Positions 12,833-27,677 of a stretch of DNA of 64,000 nucleotides are shown here, piece by piece (positions within the stretch are counted from its first letter, which is position 1; each line of letters opens with the position of its first letter). Source of the stretch: Octopus sinensis (Eukaryota); assembly GCF_006345805.1 (NCBI RefSeq), contig NC_043007.1:2542001-2606000 (forward strand). The letters are read 5' to 3'. Both the position numbers and the translations under genes were made by a program. The notes beneath the pieces were generated by a model. The model was not told the origin of the DNA and ran no database searches. It worked only from the letters and a program-made list of their open reading frames with translations.

Positions 12833-14137
12833 TTATATTGTATTACATATACATCTTTAAGTTTTGCCATTTACGTATAGAAATATATGCAGCTGAATTA
12901 TCGCTTAAAATCGTAAATGTCTCACAAAAGAAATCTAAATGAAGGTTACATTTATTAACTAAAATATTCTCGTAATATCCTGTCTAAAACCAAAGCTAAA
13001 ATATCAAGTCTCTATAGCTCTGCGCTGCGTAATTTAGTGAATATATTTATCGTCTTCGCCATTTCTCTTTTAGATCTTAATACTAAAAACTCTAGGGAAT
13101 GATCAATGATAGCATTTTCGGTTTATTATGCTCAGAATATTTGAAAGACAGACAGGTGGCATGTATATTCTATACTCATGAGCGTTGAAAAGAAAGCAGT
13201 ATAATTAGAATGATTAAAGGGGCACCCAATATTGATTTTAACCTTTATTACCCTTCTGACGATTTCCTAATTAACGTATCCCAAATGAAGTCTAAACGTT
13301 GAAGAAGAAATAGATATCGTGCTAAAAAAACACACGCTAATTTGAGTTGGAAAGCAAATGAAAGGTCTTGAAATATTCGCTTCACCAATTCATTGAGTTC
13401 ATATATAAGAATATGCCATGATATATCTTTTAAAGTCTTAACCACTTGTCGGCATTATTTATAAAGAGAATAATTATGGGCGTTTATCCATGCCACGATC
13501 ATTACGAAGCATAATATATTAGTTCTGAATGGGTGTTAAAATACTTCTGCATATAGATATGCCAAAGAGCCAAAGTTCACAGTAATCCTTAACTTGCTTA
13601 TATTGTTTGGTCTGCTCCAATTATTTCCACATACGAGGTTATTTTGTGATATTACATCATCGAAAAGAAGTAATGTCTGGTGTTTAGAAGCAGCCCCTTA
13701 CGATTCGAACTCAGATGCCGCCGGTTTATATTTGCTTTTCATCTCTCTGGGTTCAATAAGATTAAGTACTCGTTTAACACTCTAGTCGACGAAATATCTC
13801 CCCTCGAAATTTCTGACTACATGTCTATTTCAGAAACATTTATTTCTGGAAAGCCAAATCTACGTAAACAAATTTCTCTTCAACGTTCTTTCAGCTTTCC
13901 CGAAAACAACAAAGATGATAAGTGAAAGTTAGATTAAAAGGATGCGTGTCCACTACGAGATTTTCACTTCTATGTAAATTCGGGAAACAAACAATTCATT
14001 TCCAAACACAAATTATTAAATAATTATGTCGCTACCAATGTTAATGTCAGTATCAGCATTTCCATACAATACGTTAACTTTAGCTGTGAGAAAAAAATTC
14101 CTAGGAACCCATAAATATAAGAACTTCAATAAAAATA

Positions 14138-15352
14138 TCAGGTCATTCTATAAATTCTGTCCGATTTTACCTTTATTAAAATTGAAGGAAATTTAATAGT
14201 ATTTTAGAATGTCTAATGGTATTAAAAATTATTTTTATGCATTTGTGTACATTTAAACTAATTAAATATTATTTTACAGAATAATAGAATTAGAATTTCG
14301 TTGATTAAAATCCTTCCTAACATGGAAGTATCCAAAGAGCATTTGAGGCATATAATGCTTTATGACTACAAAAAAGGAAACTCTGCAGCTGAAGCGACTT
14401 GAAACATACACACAGTTTATAGGAAAGAAAACTTGAATGAAAGAACATGCAAAAGATGGTTTGCAAAATTAAGAAGTGGAGATTTCAGCCTTTAAGATGA
14501 AGATCGAAAAGGACGTCCAGTTGAGTTTGATGATAAGCTCCTTGATACATTACTTGAAGAAAATACTACATTATCAGTTGAGGAATTGGCAATAAAGCTT
14601 AGTACAAATGATACAACTATTCAACGTCATCTTCAACAACTTGGAAAGGTTCCTAAACTTGGAAAACTCATTTCACCTTTTCTAGATACACTTGTCACAG
14701 GTGACGAAAAATGGATCTTCTATCGAAATATTAAACGTCGTAAATAATAGCTTGGTAAAAGGGAAAAAGCTCAACCACAACCTAGAAGGGAACTTCATAG
14801 GAAAAAGATCCTTCCCTCTATCTGGTGGGATTGCAACGGAGTAATTCACTTTGAATTGCTACCACCTAATGCAAAAATCAATACTCAAGTCAGCTGTCAG
14901 CAATTAGAGCGTTGTTTGAACCAAACTTTGAAGAAAAAAGATCCGCTTTAATGAATCGAAAAGGAGTTATGTTTCATCAGTAAGTGCGTGACGCCACATT
15001 ACAAAGATCACGTCACAGAAGATTGAAGAGCTTGGTTGGGAAAAGAATTCCTCATCCACCATATTCTCCCAACCTTGCTCCTTCAGACTACCATTTGTTT
15101 CGTAGTTTACAGAATCATTTGGAGGACGTAACTTTCGCAAGCCAGGAGGAGGTCGAAACTGACATTTCAGAGTTCTTCGCTTTGAAACCAAAAGAGTTTT
15201 ACAGTGATGGGATTAAAAAGCTTGTAAATAGATGGAAGGAAGTCATAGATAATCAGGGAAAGTACATTGATGATTAAATTTCAGTTAAATATAACATTTG
15301 GTCACTTGTTTTCTTTGTTCAAAATTCGGACAGAACTTATAGGATGACCTGA
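14138..15352 (+). mobile_element. Near full-length mariner transposon, inactivated transposase (14322-15277)
   Basis: TIRs tcaggtcattctataaattctgtccga / tcggacagaacttataggatgacctga; 5' TA; MEVSKEHLRHIMLY, RWFAKLRSGD, VTGDEKW, YSPNLAPSDYHLF; stop codons and an internal deletion. Confidence 0.95.
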
Positions 15353-16099
15353 TGCAATAGGAATCAATCTTCATTCAACTTTAGGTGAACGCGTAATTCT
15401 ACAAAAATAGCAAATTAAGAAAGCATTCCAAAATGGGAATTAACTTGACTGGAATCTCGAAAATACTGGAATCTCGAAATTTACTGTCTATTACAGAATG
15501 ATATTTAGAGTTGGTAATCTAATTACTCTGTTAGAGCTGATTGTCAAATTATCTCTGCTATCGGTTTGATTAATGATCCATTTTAAATTACAATCTAGTT
15601 AGTATCACTATGTTTCAGATTATTGAAGATCGCTCGTCTCAAATTTATCAAATAACATCTAATTTTTTAGATGTAATATAGATTGTAAAGTTATTTCGAA
15701 AATATCAGAGTAACCAAAAGTTTTATAAAGAAAGTGTAAACTACTATAACTATACGTATATCATATCATTTTATGGAAATATGATTAGCATTTTTTGTTA
15801 GAATTTTACCTGAAACACTCATTCAGAACGTATACAATCTCGTAGCTACGAATAAATAAAAAAAATTAGAAACAATTTAAAAGGATGCAACGTTAAGAGT
15901 AAGATAGGCGTATAATGTAATTTGAAATCTAAATAAATTAAATTTTTTAACATGCTCAGCATATCAATTTTATTGACGTAAATCGGAATTTTCACACAGA
16001 CATAGAAATATACAGTTACACAAAATCATCTGTGTATGTTTTAATGTACGCAAATATACGTACATAAATGAATGTGTGTATGTTTGTGTGTGCGTATAT

Positions 16100-16180
16100 A
16101 TAGGAGAGTTCACGGAAAAAAAACAAAAGACGAAGACAGGTGGTGTACAAAACAAACAGATGTATTAGTATAACGCTCAG

Positions 16181-16185
<5 letters not shown>
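16100..16185 (-). repeat. Tail fragment of the repeat family also at 61990-62148
   Basis: Reverse complement matches gagcgtt..actaataca.ctgtttg..gtcttcg. Confidence 0.7.
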
Positions 16186-16232
<47 letters not shown>

Positions 16233-16366
16233 TTGTGAGTTGTAATCAGCGCTACCCAGCGGGTATTGCTAAGAGTACAATATACATGTATATATGTGTG
16301 TGCGTGTGTGTGTATGTTTGTATGTATATAAATGTATACCAAGAGAGAGAAAGGTAGGGATATTAC

Positions 16367-16417
<51 letters not shown>

Positions 16418-17019
16418 TATATATATGCATCTATATACATATATACGTGTGTGTGTACATGTGTGTGGGTATGCGTGTATGTATATATATATATATACAT
16501 GCAATATGTGTACATGTATTTGCACGTGCTTATGCATAGCTACTTTCAAACGCACCAAACCACATGTGTCAATATACATGCTCATCAATATCAGTGATCT
16601 GCAATTGTGTACTGGAATGTACGGAAGTTTTTTTTTTGTTGTTACTGAACAGAATTTCTTACGACGTCAATCAAATATTCCCAGAGACCTGCATCAAGTT
16701 TGTTTTCAGAAAGAGAATACATCTTGTCTTCCATTATTCCATGGAGAACTATGATTAACAAATCTCACAAAGGTGTATCGGAGACGCAGTTGTACGTAAC
16801 GGTTCGATCTCATAAAGGAATATATTCGAGTGTTAATTAAGTATATTCTTTTATTGGTTTCAGCTATTGGATTGCGACCGCACGAGAAGCACCTTTGTGA
16901 AGGATTCTGTTCAATATATTCCATTAAGTACTTCTTGTTATCTGGTACTGACTAAATCGAACACTGATGTGAACATAAGCATGCTCGTGCTTAAATAAAT
17001 ACATTAGATATACATACAT

Positions 17020-17053
<34 letters not shown>

Positions 17054-17654
17054 TATATATATGAAGTTAATCCACATTTATGTATATGCATCAAAATAGA
17101 TGAATATATGGATTCCCAATGGCTCCGACGATGGGTTCTTGGTTTCGCACGCTGTATTACATGTTCATTGAATTAGAATGTTACTAGTTGGGTAATTCAC
17201 AGGCACATTCACTATTAATATGTCTCATAGGTGTAATAAATGTGACCAGCTTGTAAATTGCAAATATAATCCATCCGTCTCAATGTAGGGGTTCTAGAGA
17301 ATCCTATACAATACGAACTTTTTCCAAGATGGCGTACAGTATGATCGTACTTCGTATTTAGTGTTTGGTGTATGGCCTTTTGGAATCATCTGCCATTATG
17401 CTGCAATATATATATATATATATATATCCCCCTCTTGTACTGTCTTATATTCCTCCCCACCACCACAAACTCAATACCACTATAAAATGGTCAAAACTCG
17501 TCACACAGGAACTTAGTTTGATTTGAAAACCCCACAAGAATGGGAGAAAGCGCTAATACATGATCTAAGTTATATGATATATAAAAAATGTAATATACAA
17601 ATAAATATCTGTAAATATAATCCATTCGATCTTCTGAGTACCTTATTTCTTCTA

Positions 17655-17686
<32 letters not shown>

Positions 17687-17717
17687 GTATAAGTATATGT
17701 ATATATATATTCTATTA

Positions 17718-17930
17718 TTCTTTTATTCTTTGATTTATTTCAATCATTTGATTGCAGCCACGCTGGAGTACCGTCTTTAATCGAACAAGTCGAACCCAGG
17801 ACTCATTCGTTGTAAACCTAATATTTATTCTATCAGTGTCTCTCGCCGAACAGCTCAATAAGTTACGGGGACGTAAACATACCAGCATCGGTTGTCAAAC
17901 GATGTTGGGGAGACAAACATAGACACAGAC
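17718..17930 (-). mobile_element. SINE family A, 3' part
   Basis: Reverse complement of the 47040-47245 segment, diverged. Confidence 0.85.
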
Positions 17931-17940
17931 ATATACATAC

Positions 17941-17997
<57 letters not shown>

Positions 17998-18109
17998 GTA
18001 TGTATGTATGTAATACAATTTTGTGAACTTTCAGATTTTAATATGCTAGACCACTGGTTTTAAATTTATGTTAATCATATTAATATTCAATTTTTCATCC
18101 TCATTTTAA

Positions 18110-18200
<91 letters not shown>

Positions 18201-18769
18201 GGAGTATACATAAAACTTCGAACATACCATTTTAATTTTATATGCTTTTGATAGTTGGTGCTTGTACATGGTTTACGTTTGTGTTAGAAATAAACACACC
18301 CAATTACTTTCAGGTTTCATAGAATAATGTAATTCCAGATATAACCTCAAAAGACAGGATAACCAAGGCTGGAATGATTCTGGTCAAGACATTCCAACCA
18401 CCTAAATTTTTGGTACTTGATATTGTAATTCTTTCTGATTACATAAGTCATTGATGAGTAATATGTGTCATGGTTTGAATTCTGTAAGTAAGATGTTGAT
18501 GGTTGAATTTTACGGGACATTACAAAAAGTGCAAAATAATTTTGGTAAGGGAAAGTGAAAATGGATGATAAAGCAATGAAATATATTTATTGTATAATAG
18601 CTTTTGCATATAACCCCTCCTTCAAAACTGTCCACGAAGGCGCGTATCGAACTAATTTATGTTACTTATTGTTTTCTTATAGCTGGCTATAGTCTGTATT
18701 TTTCACATGCGATCGTATAGACACAAGAGGTAGAGCGATCTTTGGACTGGTTGAAATGAGAAAGAAACT

Positions 18770-19530
18770 ATGAAATCGTCAAGAATTTTGATAGAGCGAA
18801 GAACATATAGTTACGAAATTTGCATCGAAATTGATGTTCTAATCCCTCCAGCTACAGTTAGATATGTGAAATTAATGACTGAATTAATTACTAGCGAATT
18901 AAACAAAAAGCCTCTTGGAATGTGTTTTGCTTCCATTGGTACACTGTTTGATACTTTCTGCTGTTCGTGTGGGTTCGTATTATCTCAGTCTTTCAGAAAC
19001 ACAAATGAAATTGTAGTGGAAGTATTATATCTAAATTGGACAGTATTTGAAGTCAACAGTTCTTCAAGGTGAAGGATAGGGGGCTCGAAATATTAGCGGT
19101 TGGTCTTTGACAAAACACAAAATGAGGGAAGATACTCTCTGGGAAATCCGAGAAAGTCTTCCTTTCAGCTACATAAATGCTTGACATTTAAAACATTTCT
19201 CGTTTACCTTTCCCATGCATTTTATTTCAGTTCTATACTCTTTAGAACCGTCATTTGTTAGATGTATGGGAAATGTCTTGAAAAGCCCGGTCTAGTGTAT
19301 TTGAAGCAGGTTTTGGACTTCGTGGCAGTGTCATATTCTGTCACCTTCTCCTCTCTGTGTCCATTTGTCATTATTTTCTCTCTCCTTCCTGGAAGCCTGC
19401 TTTATTCTTTCAAGATGTTCTTGTAATCTTTCCTCCGTGGAGAGTATGTTACAGCTGAGATGGCGCTGTTCTTTGAAACGACGCCCCTTTTCTAGATTTG
19501 ATATAATTCCATTGTCTACCATTGAATAAA
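18770..19530 (-). mobile_element. Decayed Helitron RepHel N-terminal fragment
   Basis: In order on minus: EERLQEHLERIKQASRKERE charged tract, MGKVNEKCFKCQAFM*, LEELLT, FRYNTS, *LYVL; resembles Helitron GxMxxxCxxC..IRxYNS..QLY; many frameshifts. Confidence 0.5.
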
Positions 19531-20849
19531 TTATATTTTGACTCTGTTGAATTCTAAACGATTTATTTTTCTATGAACATAGTGGGGAAAAGTGTAAAAG
19601 GTTTTTGCAAAATTTCAAAACATTTTTACATTATTCAATACAGAACTGAATATATATGAGTGAGATAGAACTGCAGTATATATATACTTTTTGTTTATTA
19701 ATCGAAGTTTATAACTATTTTGTATGCACCTGAAGGAAGCTTTTCATCCTTAAAGAAAATGAAACAACAAACGAATGCATTTAGCGTTTTTGGAAAGAAA
19801 AGATATTATTTTCTTATGAAATAGTTTATTTTTAATATCTCCAATATGAAGGAGACGTATCTTCCTATTCACCAAACTGCAACTACTTTAAATATGCATT
19901 CTGCTGAATAGTTGATATTTAACTAAAAGAAATTGTTTATTTTAAGTCAAGAATATTTTTCCAGCTGACTGGAAAATTGGTATTGAAATGATAAATATCC
20001 GTTCACTTTCATTGTGTGCGTGTGTGTTTCACTTTAGAAAATGTGGAGGTGCGAAAATAATTTTTGCTTTATTTTAAAGAAGAAATGATTTACTCAGATA
20101 TCCATTCAACCGAAATACTTTTTTCCTTTCATTTCAAGTTTATAATATTTTATAATATTTTACGCTCATAAAGCATTAAGAAATGTCAGCCTAAAATTTC
20201 ATAATTTGAAAAAAAAAACTGTTTTCAATAAATGTAAAGATATGTACAATTCAAATGACAACGAAATCTATTTTTAGGGTAGATATGCGATTACATTTAT
20301 CTGTGATTCTTGATGGCAGTAAGGTGTTGTTTCGCTAGTGTTACAGCGGATAAATAAACGCACCACTTTTGTATGTACCCACACATATGCAAGTACCTCT
20401 ACTCGGATGCTTTTCCGTTTTCACATATAATGACAATAAGAAAATTTCAAGTGAAAAAATGAAAGTTTTAAGTTTCAGAAAGTGAAAAAATGCTTTCAAT
20501 GAATGTAGATATACACATCTTTATATATACAATATATGTATATAGGCAAAAGAAAGAATTGCATTTGTAAATTTTAGATTTTTTACTTGCTATGGGAAAA
20601 CAGAAAAATTTAGTTTAAAAAGTTTCTGTTTTATTAAAACAGAATGATTTAGTAGAAACTTTAAGGCAAATTACTGAGAAGGACGTGGGAGTTTATTTTA
20701 CATATAAACATTTATTATCATTTTTATGTCGCTGACTAAACAATTTCTCTTCAGTGTTATAAACACTCCTTTTATACGTACATGCATGCATGCATGCACA
20801 CATTCATGCACATGAACATACATAATATATACATGCGTACATACGTATA

Positions 20850-22572
20850 TAATGAAATCCGTTGGGAGGACAGCCCCAAGGACAAAGAAATAAGAACCTA
20901 CAGTATGGCTGAAGCCATAGCCACCCATAATACAAAAGGAGTACTGGTGAAATGTCTAAGTGAAAACCGCAATAAAATGTAAGCACAACATACCGGATAT
21001 AATGATTTGGGATAGAGAAAAGAAACGGACGTTAACATAAAAGTGAATACCTATGCTGAACTTTTTTTGAGGTATCTGCAGTTACTCTATCCAGATTACA
21101 AATCAAGGTTTATACCTGTAATTTTGGGGACCCTGAGATATGTAACACACTGCCTAAATACCAATCTTGAGATATTAGGTTTCTCAAAACCAGAAAGGGG
21201 AAAGCTAATTCGAAGACTTCAGATTCAATCCATCAATGGAACCGTAAATAACTGTAAAAGGTTTATCATTTAAATATATATATGCATCTGTGGATATGCA
21301 AGTATATGCATGATAATATATACATAAGACAAAACATAAAGAAAACATACACATCTGCACATATACATACATACACACATAAATACATACATAATGTATA
21401 TATTCATAATACATACATTTGCACATGAAAAGTGACGTAGACCGCATATACCTAAGACGAAAACAAGGTGGAAGAGGTTTAACATCGATCCAAAATGCCC
21501 TTGAATGTCGCATCATATCCCTTTCGTAACTTCTTTTAACCACCAAGTGTCGAAGTGCATCCCTTTACCAAGTTTGCATACATGAGACCGATAACATCAT
21601 AATACTTGGAAGGCAGCTCTTTGAGCAACTTTCCTTGTCTGATAAACTTGAATACATATCAAAAGCGTTCGCACGACTCTACCGCAACGTATCTGCAGAA
21701 GACATGATTATGTCAATAGAAAGCTCCGGGACAATTGTAACATTGATCATCAAAGCAGTCTGTCACGGACCAACAATCGGATTATTACCTCCCACTTTGA
21801 AGGGTATGAGTTTGCAATCCAAGAAAAAGAAATATCAACCAAATACCTGATGCACAAAAAACCGAAGGTATTACATCATAAGTAGTCGTCCGAAAATATC
21901 ATAATGTGTAATACACTGTTCAATGCCAATCTTGAGAAATTAGGCTTCTCAAAACCAGAAAGGAGAAAGCTAATTCAAAGACCACAGATCCAATCAATTA
22001 CTAGAACTGTAAAAATCTGTAAAACTTTCCAGAAGTTTATTATTTAAGTATATATGAGCATGTCTAGATATGCAAGTATATATATGAGAATACTTACAAA
22101 AAACAAAACATACAAATATGCACATGTACATACATACATACATACATACATCGGAAGGATATCCCGAGGACAAACAAAAAACCCACAATATGGTAGAAGT
22201 CATAGCTACTCATAATAAAGAGGAATACTGGTGGAATGTCCCAGTGAAGACCTCAATAAAATGTAAGCACGGCATACCTGATATAATGATTTGGGATAGA
22301 GAAGAGAAACTTTGCACAGTTGGGGAAATCAGGTGCCCAGTAGATGTCAACATAAAGCTGAAGGGCAGCGAAAAAGAGGAAACCCATGCTGAACTATTGA
22401 GATATCTGCAGTTTCTCTATGCAGATTACAAATTCACGATTATACCTGTTGGGGTACTGGGATATGTGAGAGACTTTCTAAAAAAATCTTGTGAAATTAG
22501 GCTTCTCAAAATCAGAAAAGAGAAAGCTAATTCGAAAACTACAGATCCAATCCATCACTGGAACTGCAAATA
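20850..22572 (+). mobile_element. Cluster of R4-clade RLE LINE fragments (three endonuclease/C-terminal copies plus one RT-thumb piece)
   Basis: EYWWNVPVKTSIKCKHGIPDIMIWDREEKLCTVGEIRCPVD (PD..E nuclease); VDRIYLRRKQGGRGL at ~21437; FEGYEFAIQ; C-termini at ~21270, ~22047 and ~22570. Confidence 0.85.
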
Positions 22573-22594
22573 TATATATATATAAAATATGTAC

Positions 22595-22625
<31 letters not shown>

Positions 22626-22656
22626 GATACATACCATACATACACATACATATATA

Positions 22657-22712
<56 letters not shown>

Positions 22713-22716
22713 ATAT

Positions 22717-22841
22717 ATTTATTATATAGAAGGACTACAACTAGTACTGTTTATTCAAGAGAAATCTTCAGGAAGCTTCCTGAAGATTTCTCTTGAATGA
22801 AACAGTACTAGTCCTGTAGAAGCTCCTTCTATATAATAAAT
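22717..22841. repeat. ~60-bp-arm spacerless palindrome (inverted pLTR) centred on ggaag|cttcc
   Basis: actagtactgtttattcaagagaaatcttcaggaag mirrors cttcctgaagatttctcttgaatgaaacagtactagt; outer arms atttattatatagaagga / tccttctatataataaat. Confidence 0.95.
22774..22824 (+). ncRNA. Type-I hammerhead ribozyme, core intact
   Basis: agcuuc-CUGAAGA-uuuc-ucuu-gaau-GAAA-cag-uacuaguc-cug-UA-gaagcu: 6-bp stem I, stem II with U-U first pair, stem III, GUA cleavage triplet. Confidence 0.78.
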
Positions 22842-22938
22842 TAATTTACTCTGCTATGTATTGAGTACCTTACTTACTGTGGTTAACCCCGGATCAACCG
22901 GGACCTACATATATATATAATATATATATATATATATC

Positions 22939-22969
<31 letters not shown>

Positions 22970-23447
22970 CTGTAACAAAAACATAATTTCATATAGAACA
23001 ATCAAACTTTTTGAGGAATCCAAAAAGAGAGAAAATAATTTGCTATAAAAATTCATCATATTCATAAAAATCAGCCGGAACAAGTAGTAACAATATGAAA
23101 ATAACAATTGAAAAAGTTCGTTATAGGTATAGAAATGCCATAAACGAGTATAAAAATGGAGAGACGATGTTAAAATCAAAATTGGATTTAATACATACGA
23201 ATGTTTCAAAAGGAAATACAAATATGTAAGAAAAAATTATAATAATGATAATAATTATTATTAAAGTTATGCATTATAATTCTCATCAGTGTGAAGATTT
23301 TAAGGAAAAACATCAAAAAAGGTATTGTTAAAAGTCAACAAGGAAAAGCTGATGGGGTAATGGGGAAAATTCAACCGGATATTTACAAATAAGTTGTAAA
23401 AGGGAAAAAATAAGAGAAACGAAAAAGTCTATTTGTGCACAAAAATC

Positions 23448-23479
<32 letters not shown>

Positions 23480-23633
23480 TATATTTTCACTATATATATA
23501 TATATATATACATATATGTGTATATAAATTATATATAACTATGCTTGTGTCTGGGGAGAGTCATTTTCTTTTTGTGCTTTATAATTTAACACACTCACCA
23601 GTAAAATTTCCATTTATTCCCTATATTTATTTT

Positions 23634-23673
23634 CCGAAAATTGTTGTTGAGTCTTGCAACTTTTTCAATAGTC
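23634..23673 (-). ncRNA. Decayed hammerhead-like motif with U3:A8 core
   Basis: Minus strand: cua-UUGAAAA-a-guug-caagacu-caac-AACA-auuu-UC; GAAA is mutated. Confidence 0.3.
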
Positions 23674-23678
23674 TTGAC

Positions 23679-23742
<64 letters not shown>

Positions 23743-23806
23743 GTTTGCGTATATACATATATATATAATATATACATGCACACTCACATATGCATATACA
23801 TAGTTA

Positions 23807-23854
<48 letters not shown>

Positions 23855-24587
23855 TAACTATGTATATATATATATATATATGAATGTGTTTAATATATAT
23901 GCACACACACATATACATACATATGTATATATATATACGCACATACATAATGTGTATATATGGTAAATATGTGGTTGATTAATAACCTTCTGTATTTCAC
24001 TTTGAAGTCAAGTATTTCTTACCTACGGCTTTATACAATTTGGTAACTCTACCATCTGCGCTAACTCTGTTTTTCTAATTTGTAGGTTCTTCACATCTGA
24101 TTCTGTTACAATATTTAAAAATTTTATGGAAAAGAAGAGAACAGGAAATTATCGTTTTATATCTGCAACATCTGATTTATCATGAAATAAGTGTTTGACA
24201 CTTCTTTGGATTCCGTGCAAGTAACTTACAGGAATCCTTACTGTAGAATGGGTTCTGTGATAAACTGATTTAGAAACACTGTCCATATTTTCTACACACT
24301 TACTCCCACACAAACCCACGTCTGTATGCTTATGTATTAACCATTCTTCAAGAATAATATTAAAGGGAACTTGGAAATTTCGGTTTAGTAACACTGCGCA
24401 CTGATATTGGTCCATAAAAAGAAACTTCGAAATTACCGTCAATGTCTTGTCTTGGGAATTTGATATGTAATCTAATGAAAACATTAAGCGATTTTACATT
24501 AAGCGATTTTTTCTATACATCCTCCCATAAAAACGAACATGAAAATATGTAGCATATTTTTGTGTGCATGTGTGTGTGTGTGTGTGT

Positions 24588-24631
<44 letters not shown>

Positions 24632-26449
24632 GTGTATGTGTGTGAGCCTGTATTTCCCACTGTGTCCGACTATATTATGACGGTAGCTTTTGGTGAAAAA
24701 GAATTTGGGTTGTTATGTCTAACAAGTTGTGCCATCTCTTGAATCGTCCCCCTTAGGTATCTGTGCCTGTCTGCGTATCAAAACATGGCACGAAGCCCTT
24801 TATTCTATCAGTGATACCCACACGCGAGCCCGTGCGCTCTCGTATGGGTTGCTAGAAATAGCTGTATTCATATCATCTTGAAATTTTAAACTACTAACTT
24901 GTAAAACATTTCTAGATATGCTTTCCTATTATTCAATGAATGGATAGAATTGTGACGTCGGAGCATCTTTGGTCATAAGAATTCCTAAGTGTGGCTGGCC
25001 TGGGGCTAAACAAATGCTACAATCCCATCAAAACCACCACCACAACAACAACAATAGCAACAATATACACCGCATGGTACTGATTCTAGTCTATCCTTTG
25101 ATCGCTGTTTATGTATAATTGAAAATAATCCATTAGTTGAGTTTCGGGAGATAATGGTTTATATTTGTTTTGTTTATTTCTTTATTACTTATCTGTAGAA
25201 TTGTAATAATCTCCCTAGCACCATCCTTGAAATGCTCTAAATTACTTTCCATTAAAAGTTATTAGAATTAATCATTTGATTTCTTTCATTAACTGAAATG
25301 TCTGCTGACGGATTTGTTTTAATTGCAAAATCTCTTTAAGCCTATCCTGCTTACGCATATCAATGCCCGATGCTGATTTGAACACGGGATCGTACGCTAC
25401 CAGACCATTTATCAAATACACTCCTAGGTGCACATATTTATGCGACATACTATTCAAATAGATTGTCAAATAGATAAAACTTTAAAACGTTTGTCACGGA
25501 AACAGCGCAACGCAGACAACAAGAGATAATCTTTAAAGTTGTAGTTCAGCAATCTACCTCCTCCATTTTGATTTAAGTTAGAGCGTTACCATTTTCTGCG
25601 AAGCGGTGTAATTTGGTTGTTATACCTGTCGCATCCTTGCTTATTGATGGGGTAACCGTGAAATAAACATGAAAAAATTGCGTGACGAAATGCTTCACGG
25701 ATTCATTCCAATGTGTGTCCAGACATTTAAGTTTTCTTTTTGTAAGTTAAGCAGCATATATCATAGATCTTACACAATTTATCCATCTACCTCATTTATC
25801 ATTTAATTGACTCAGACATTCTCTTCTCCGCCTCTAATCTCTATTAATTTTATTCACCTACACGTTACGTTGTATCCGTTTACACTCTATCAACGGTTCT
25901 ATGATAAACACAGCAGTCGAAGTCTCATTTAGAAAAAAAAACTTCAGGCTATATTTTCAATGAATTCATCCACTAATAATCAGTTTATTCAAATGTTTTG
26001 ACGAAATGTACGTTATATATGGAATTATGTTCAGCATGGTATTCATTTTACGAAAGTAACACTCCTGATAAAATATTCAACGAAATGCAAAAGCAAGTGA
26101 TTCGCTCGGAGCTGTTTGTTCTGTCTACAAGGAATGAAGACGACAACAGTAACAAATTCAACGAATTTTGGAGAGATTCTTCTGCTCCAAACCATTCATT
26201 CTTTACTATTGCCTTCTTATTTAATCGTATACGTCCAACTTAGTCACATTTAGCTGGAGATAATCTATAACCCTCTTCGTAGGACAGTCATCTTATTGTT
26301 ATTCCTTTTTTTTATCAGCGGTGTTAAATTTATTCATATTGGTTATTCTAATTCTTGCATCAGAATGAAATTACGAACATTAATTTTATCGTAGAATCGT
26401 ATCGAAATAAAGTATTTTCGTTCAACATTAGCTATTTGAAGCTCATATA

Positions 26450-26713
26450 TACATACATACATACACACCTACATAAATGCCTACAGACATGCATACATAC
26501 GTTACATACATACGTACATAAATGCATGCATTCATGCAAACATACATACATTACATAGACTACATACATAAATGCATATATACATACAAACATACATTAC
26601 ATAGACTACATACATAAATGCATACATGCATACATACATACATTACATAGACTACATACATAAATGCATATATACATACATACATGCATACATACATACA
26701 TACATACATACAT

Positions 26714-26748
<35 letters not shown>

Positions 26749-26840
26749 TACATTACATAGACTACATACATAAATGCATATATACATACATACGTAAATG
26801 CATACATACATACATACATACATACATTACATACATATGC
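26450..26840. repeat. (TACA)n/(GACA)n compound repeat with recurring cattacatagactacatacataaatgcata unit
   Basis: The unit recurs four times between ~26549 and ~26780. Confidence 0.92.
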
Positions 26841-27351
26841 AAGCACACACACAGGTACACGTGTTATTTTCGTAAACTGACTCTCATGGTGTTTTTTGCC
26901 TCATTTGATGCAGTGTTTCCTGCTCAACCAATGTCAATCCATTGACCAGCGATGTCTTAAACTTGTAGTTACAAACGTCGCATAATTCATTGCTGGAGTG
27001 AGAAAATCAGGCATTTGCGACCCAGAAAGACCGCCGCTTCCGTAAATGGAGACACACAGAATGTGTAGCATAAACGGACGCATTTGTGATTATCTGGGGC
27101 CCTGCATAGACGAATCACTTATCGTATATTTGAAATATACGTATATTTGAAATCTTTGTTTTTTTTACCATCAGTGGACACACATGATAACTTAAAGCCT
27201 GTCTTATTCTGTTTGATTGCTTTCTGTTTCTGTTTTTGTAAAATGGATTTATTTAGCTGTTTATTTTGACCTATTACTATGACAACCCCAAATTTAACGG
27301 AACAACTATCACTGACTTTCATATGACGAACACACACATAATTACATACAT

Positions 27352-27677
27352 ACGTAAAATTCGGTAAAACTTTTCAGACGTTTGTCATTTAAATATATAT
27401 GAGCATGTGTAAACATACAACTATAAGCATGAGAGTACATACATAAAGCAAAACATACAAATCTGCACACATACATACATACATACATACATACATACAT
27501 ACATACATACATACATACATACATACATACATACATACGTACGTACGTATATACATACATACATCAAACATACCCTTTTCCTGATGTTGAAATTCCAATT
27601 AAGGTGCCTTGGAAGCTGGTTAGAAACCAGTTCTTTCCCTATTGGCAAGAAATCTTTAAATAAAACTGAACAATGAC
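27352..27677 (+). mobile_element. 5'-truncated 3' end of the TACA-associated R4-clade LINE
   Basis: VKFGKTFQTFVI*, full 3' UTR with internal (TACA)n, ends aaaactgaacaatga followed by (CATA)n; catacatac also precedes it. Confidence 0.8.

Noticed and set aside
24062-24484. Possible host exon (acceptor at 24085) or 111-aa minus-strand ORF
   Set aside because: All plus frames stop early, no recognisable domain and no partner exons; a non-coding exon cannot be excluded without RNA-seq
26880-27110. RTE-type C-terminal zinc finger (CDVCNYKFKT) on minus
   Set aside because: No His pair and no adjoining RT; too weak to call
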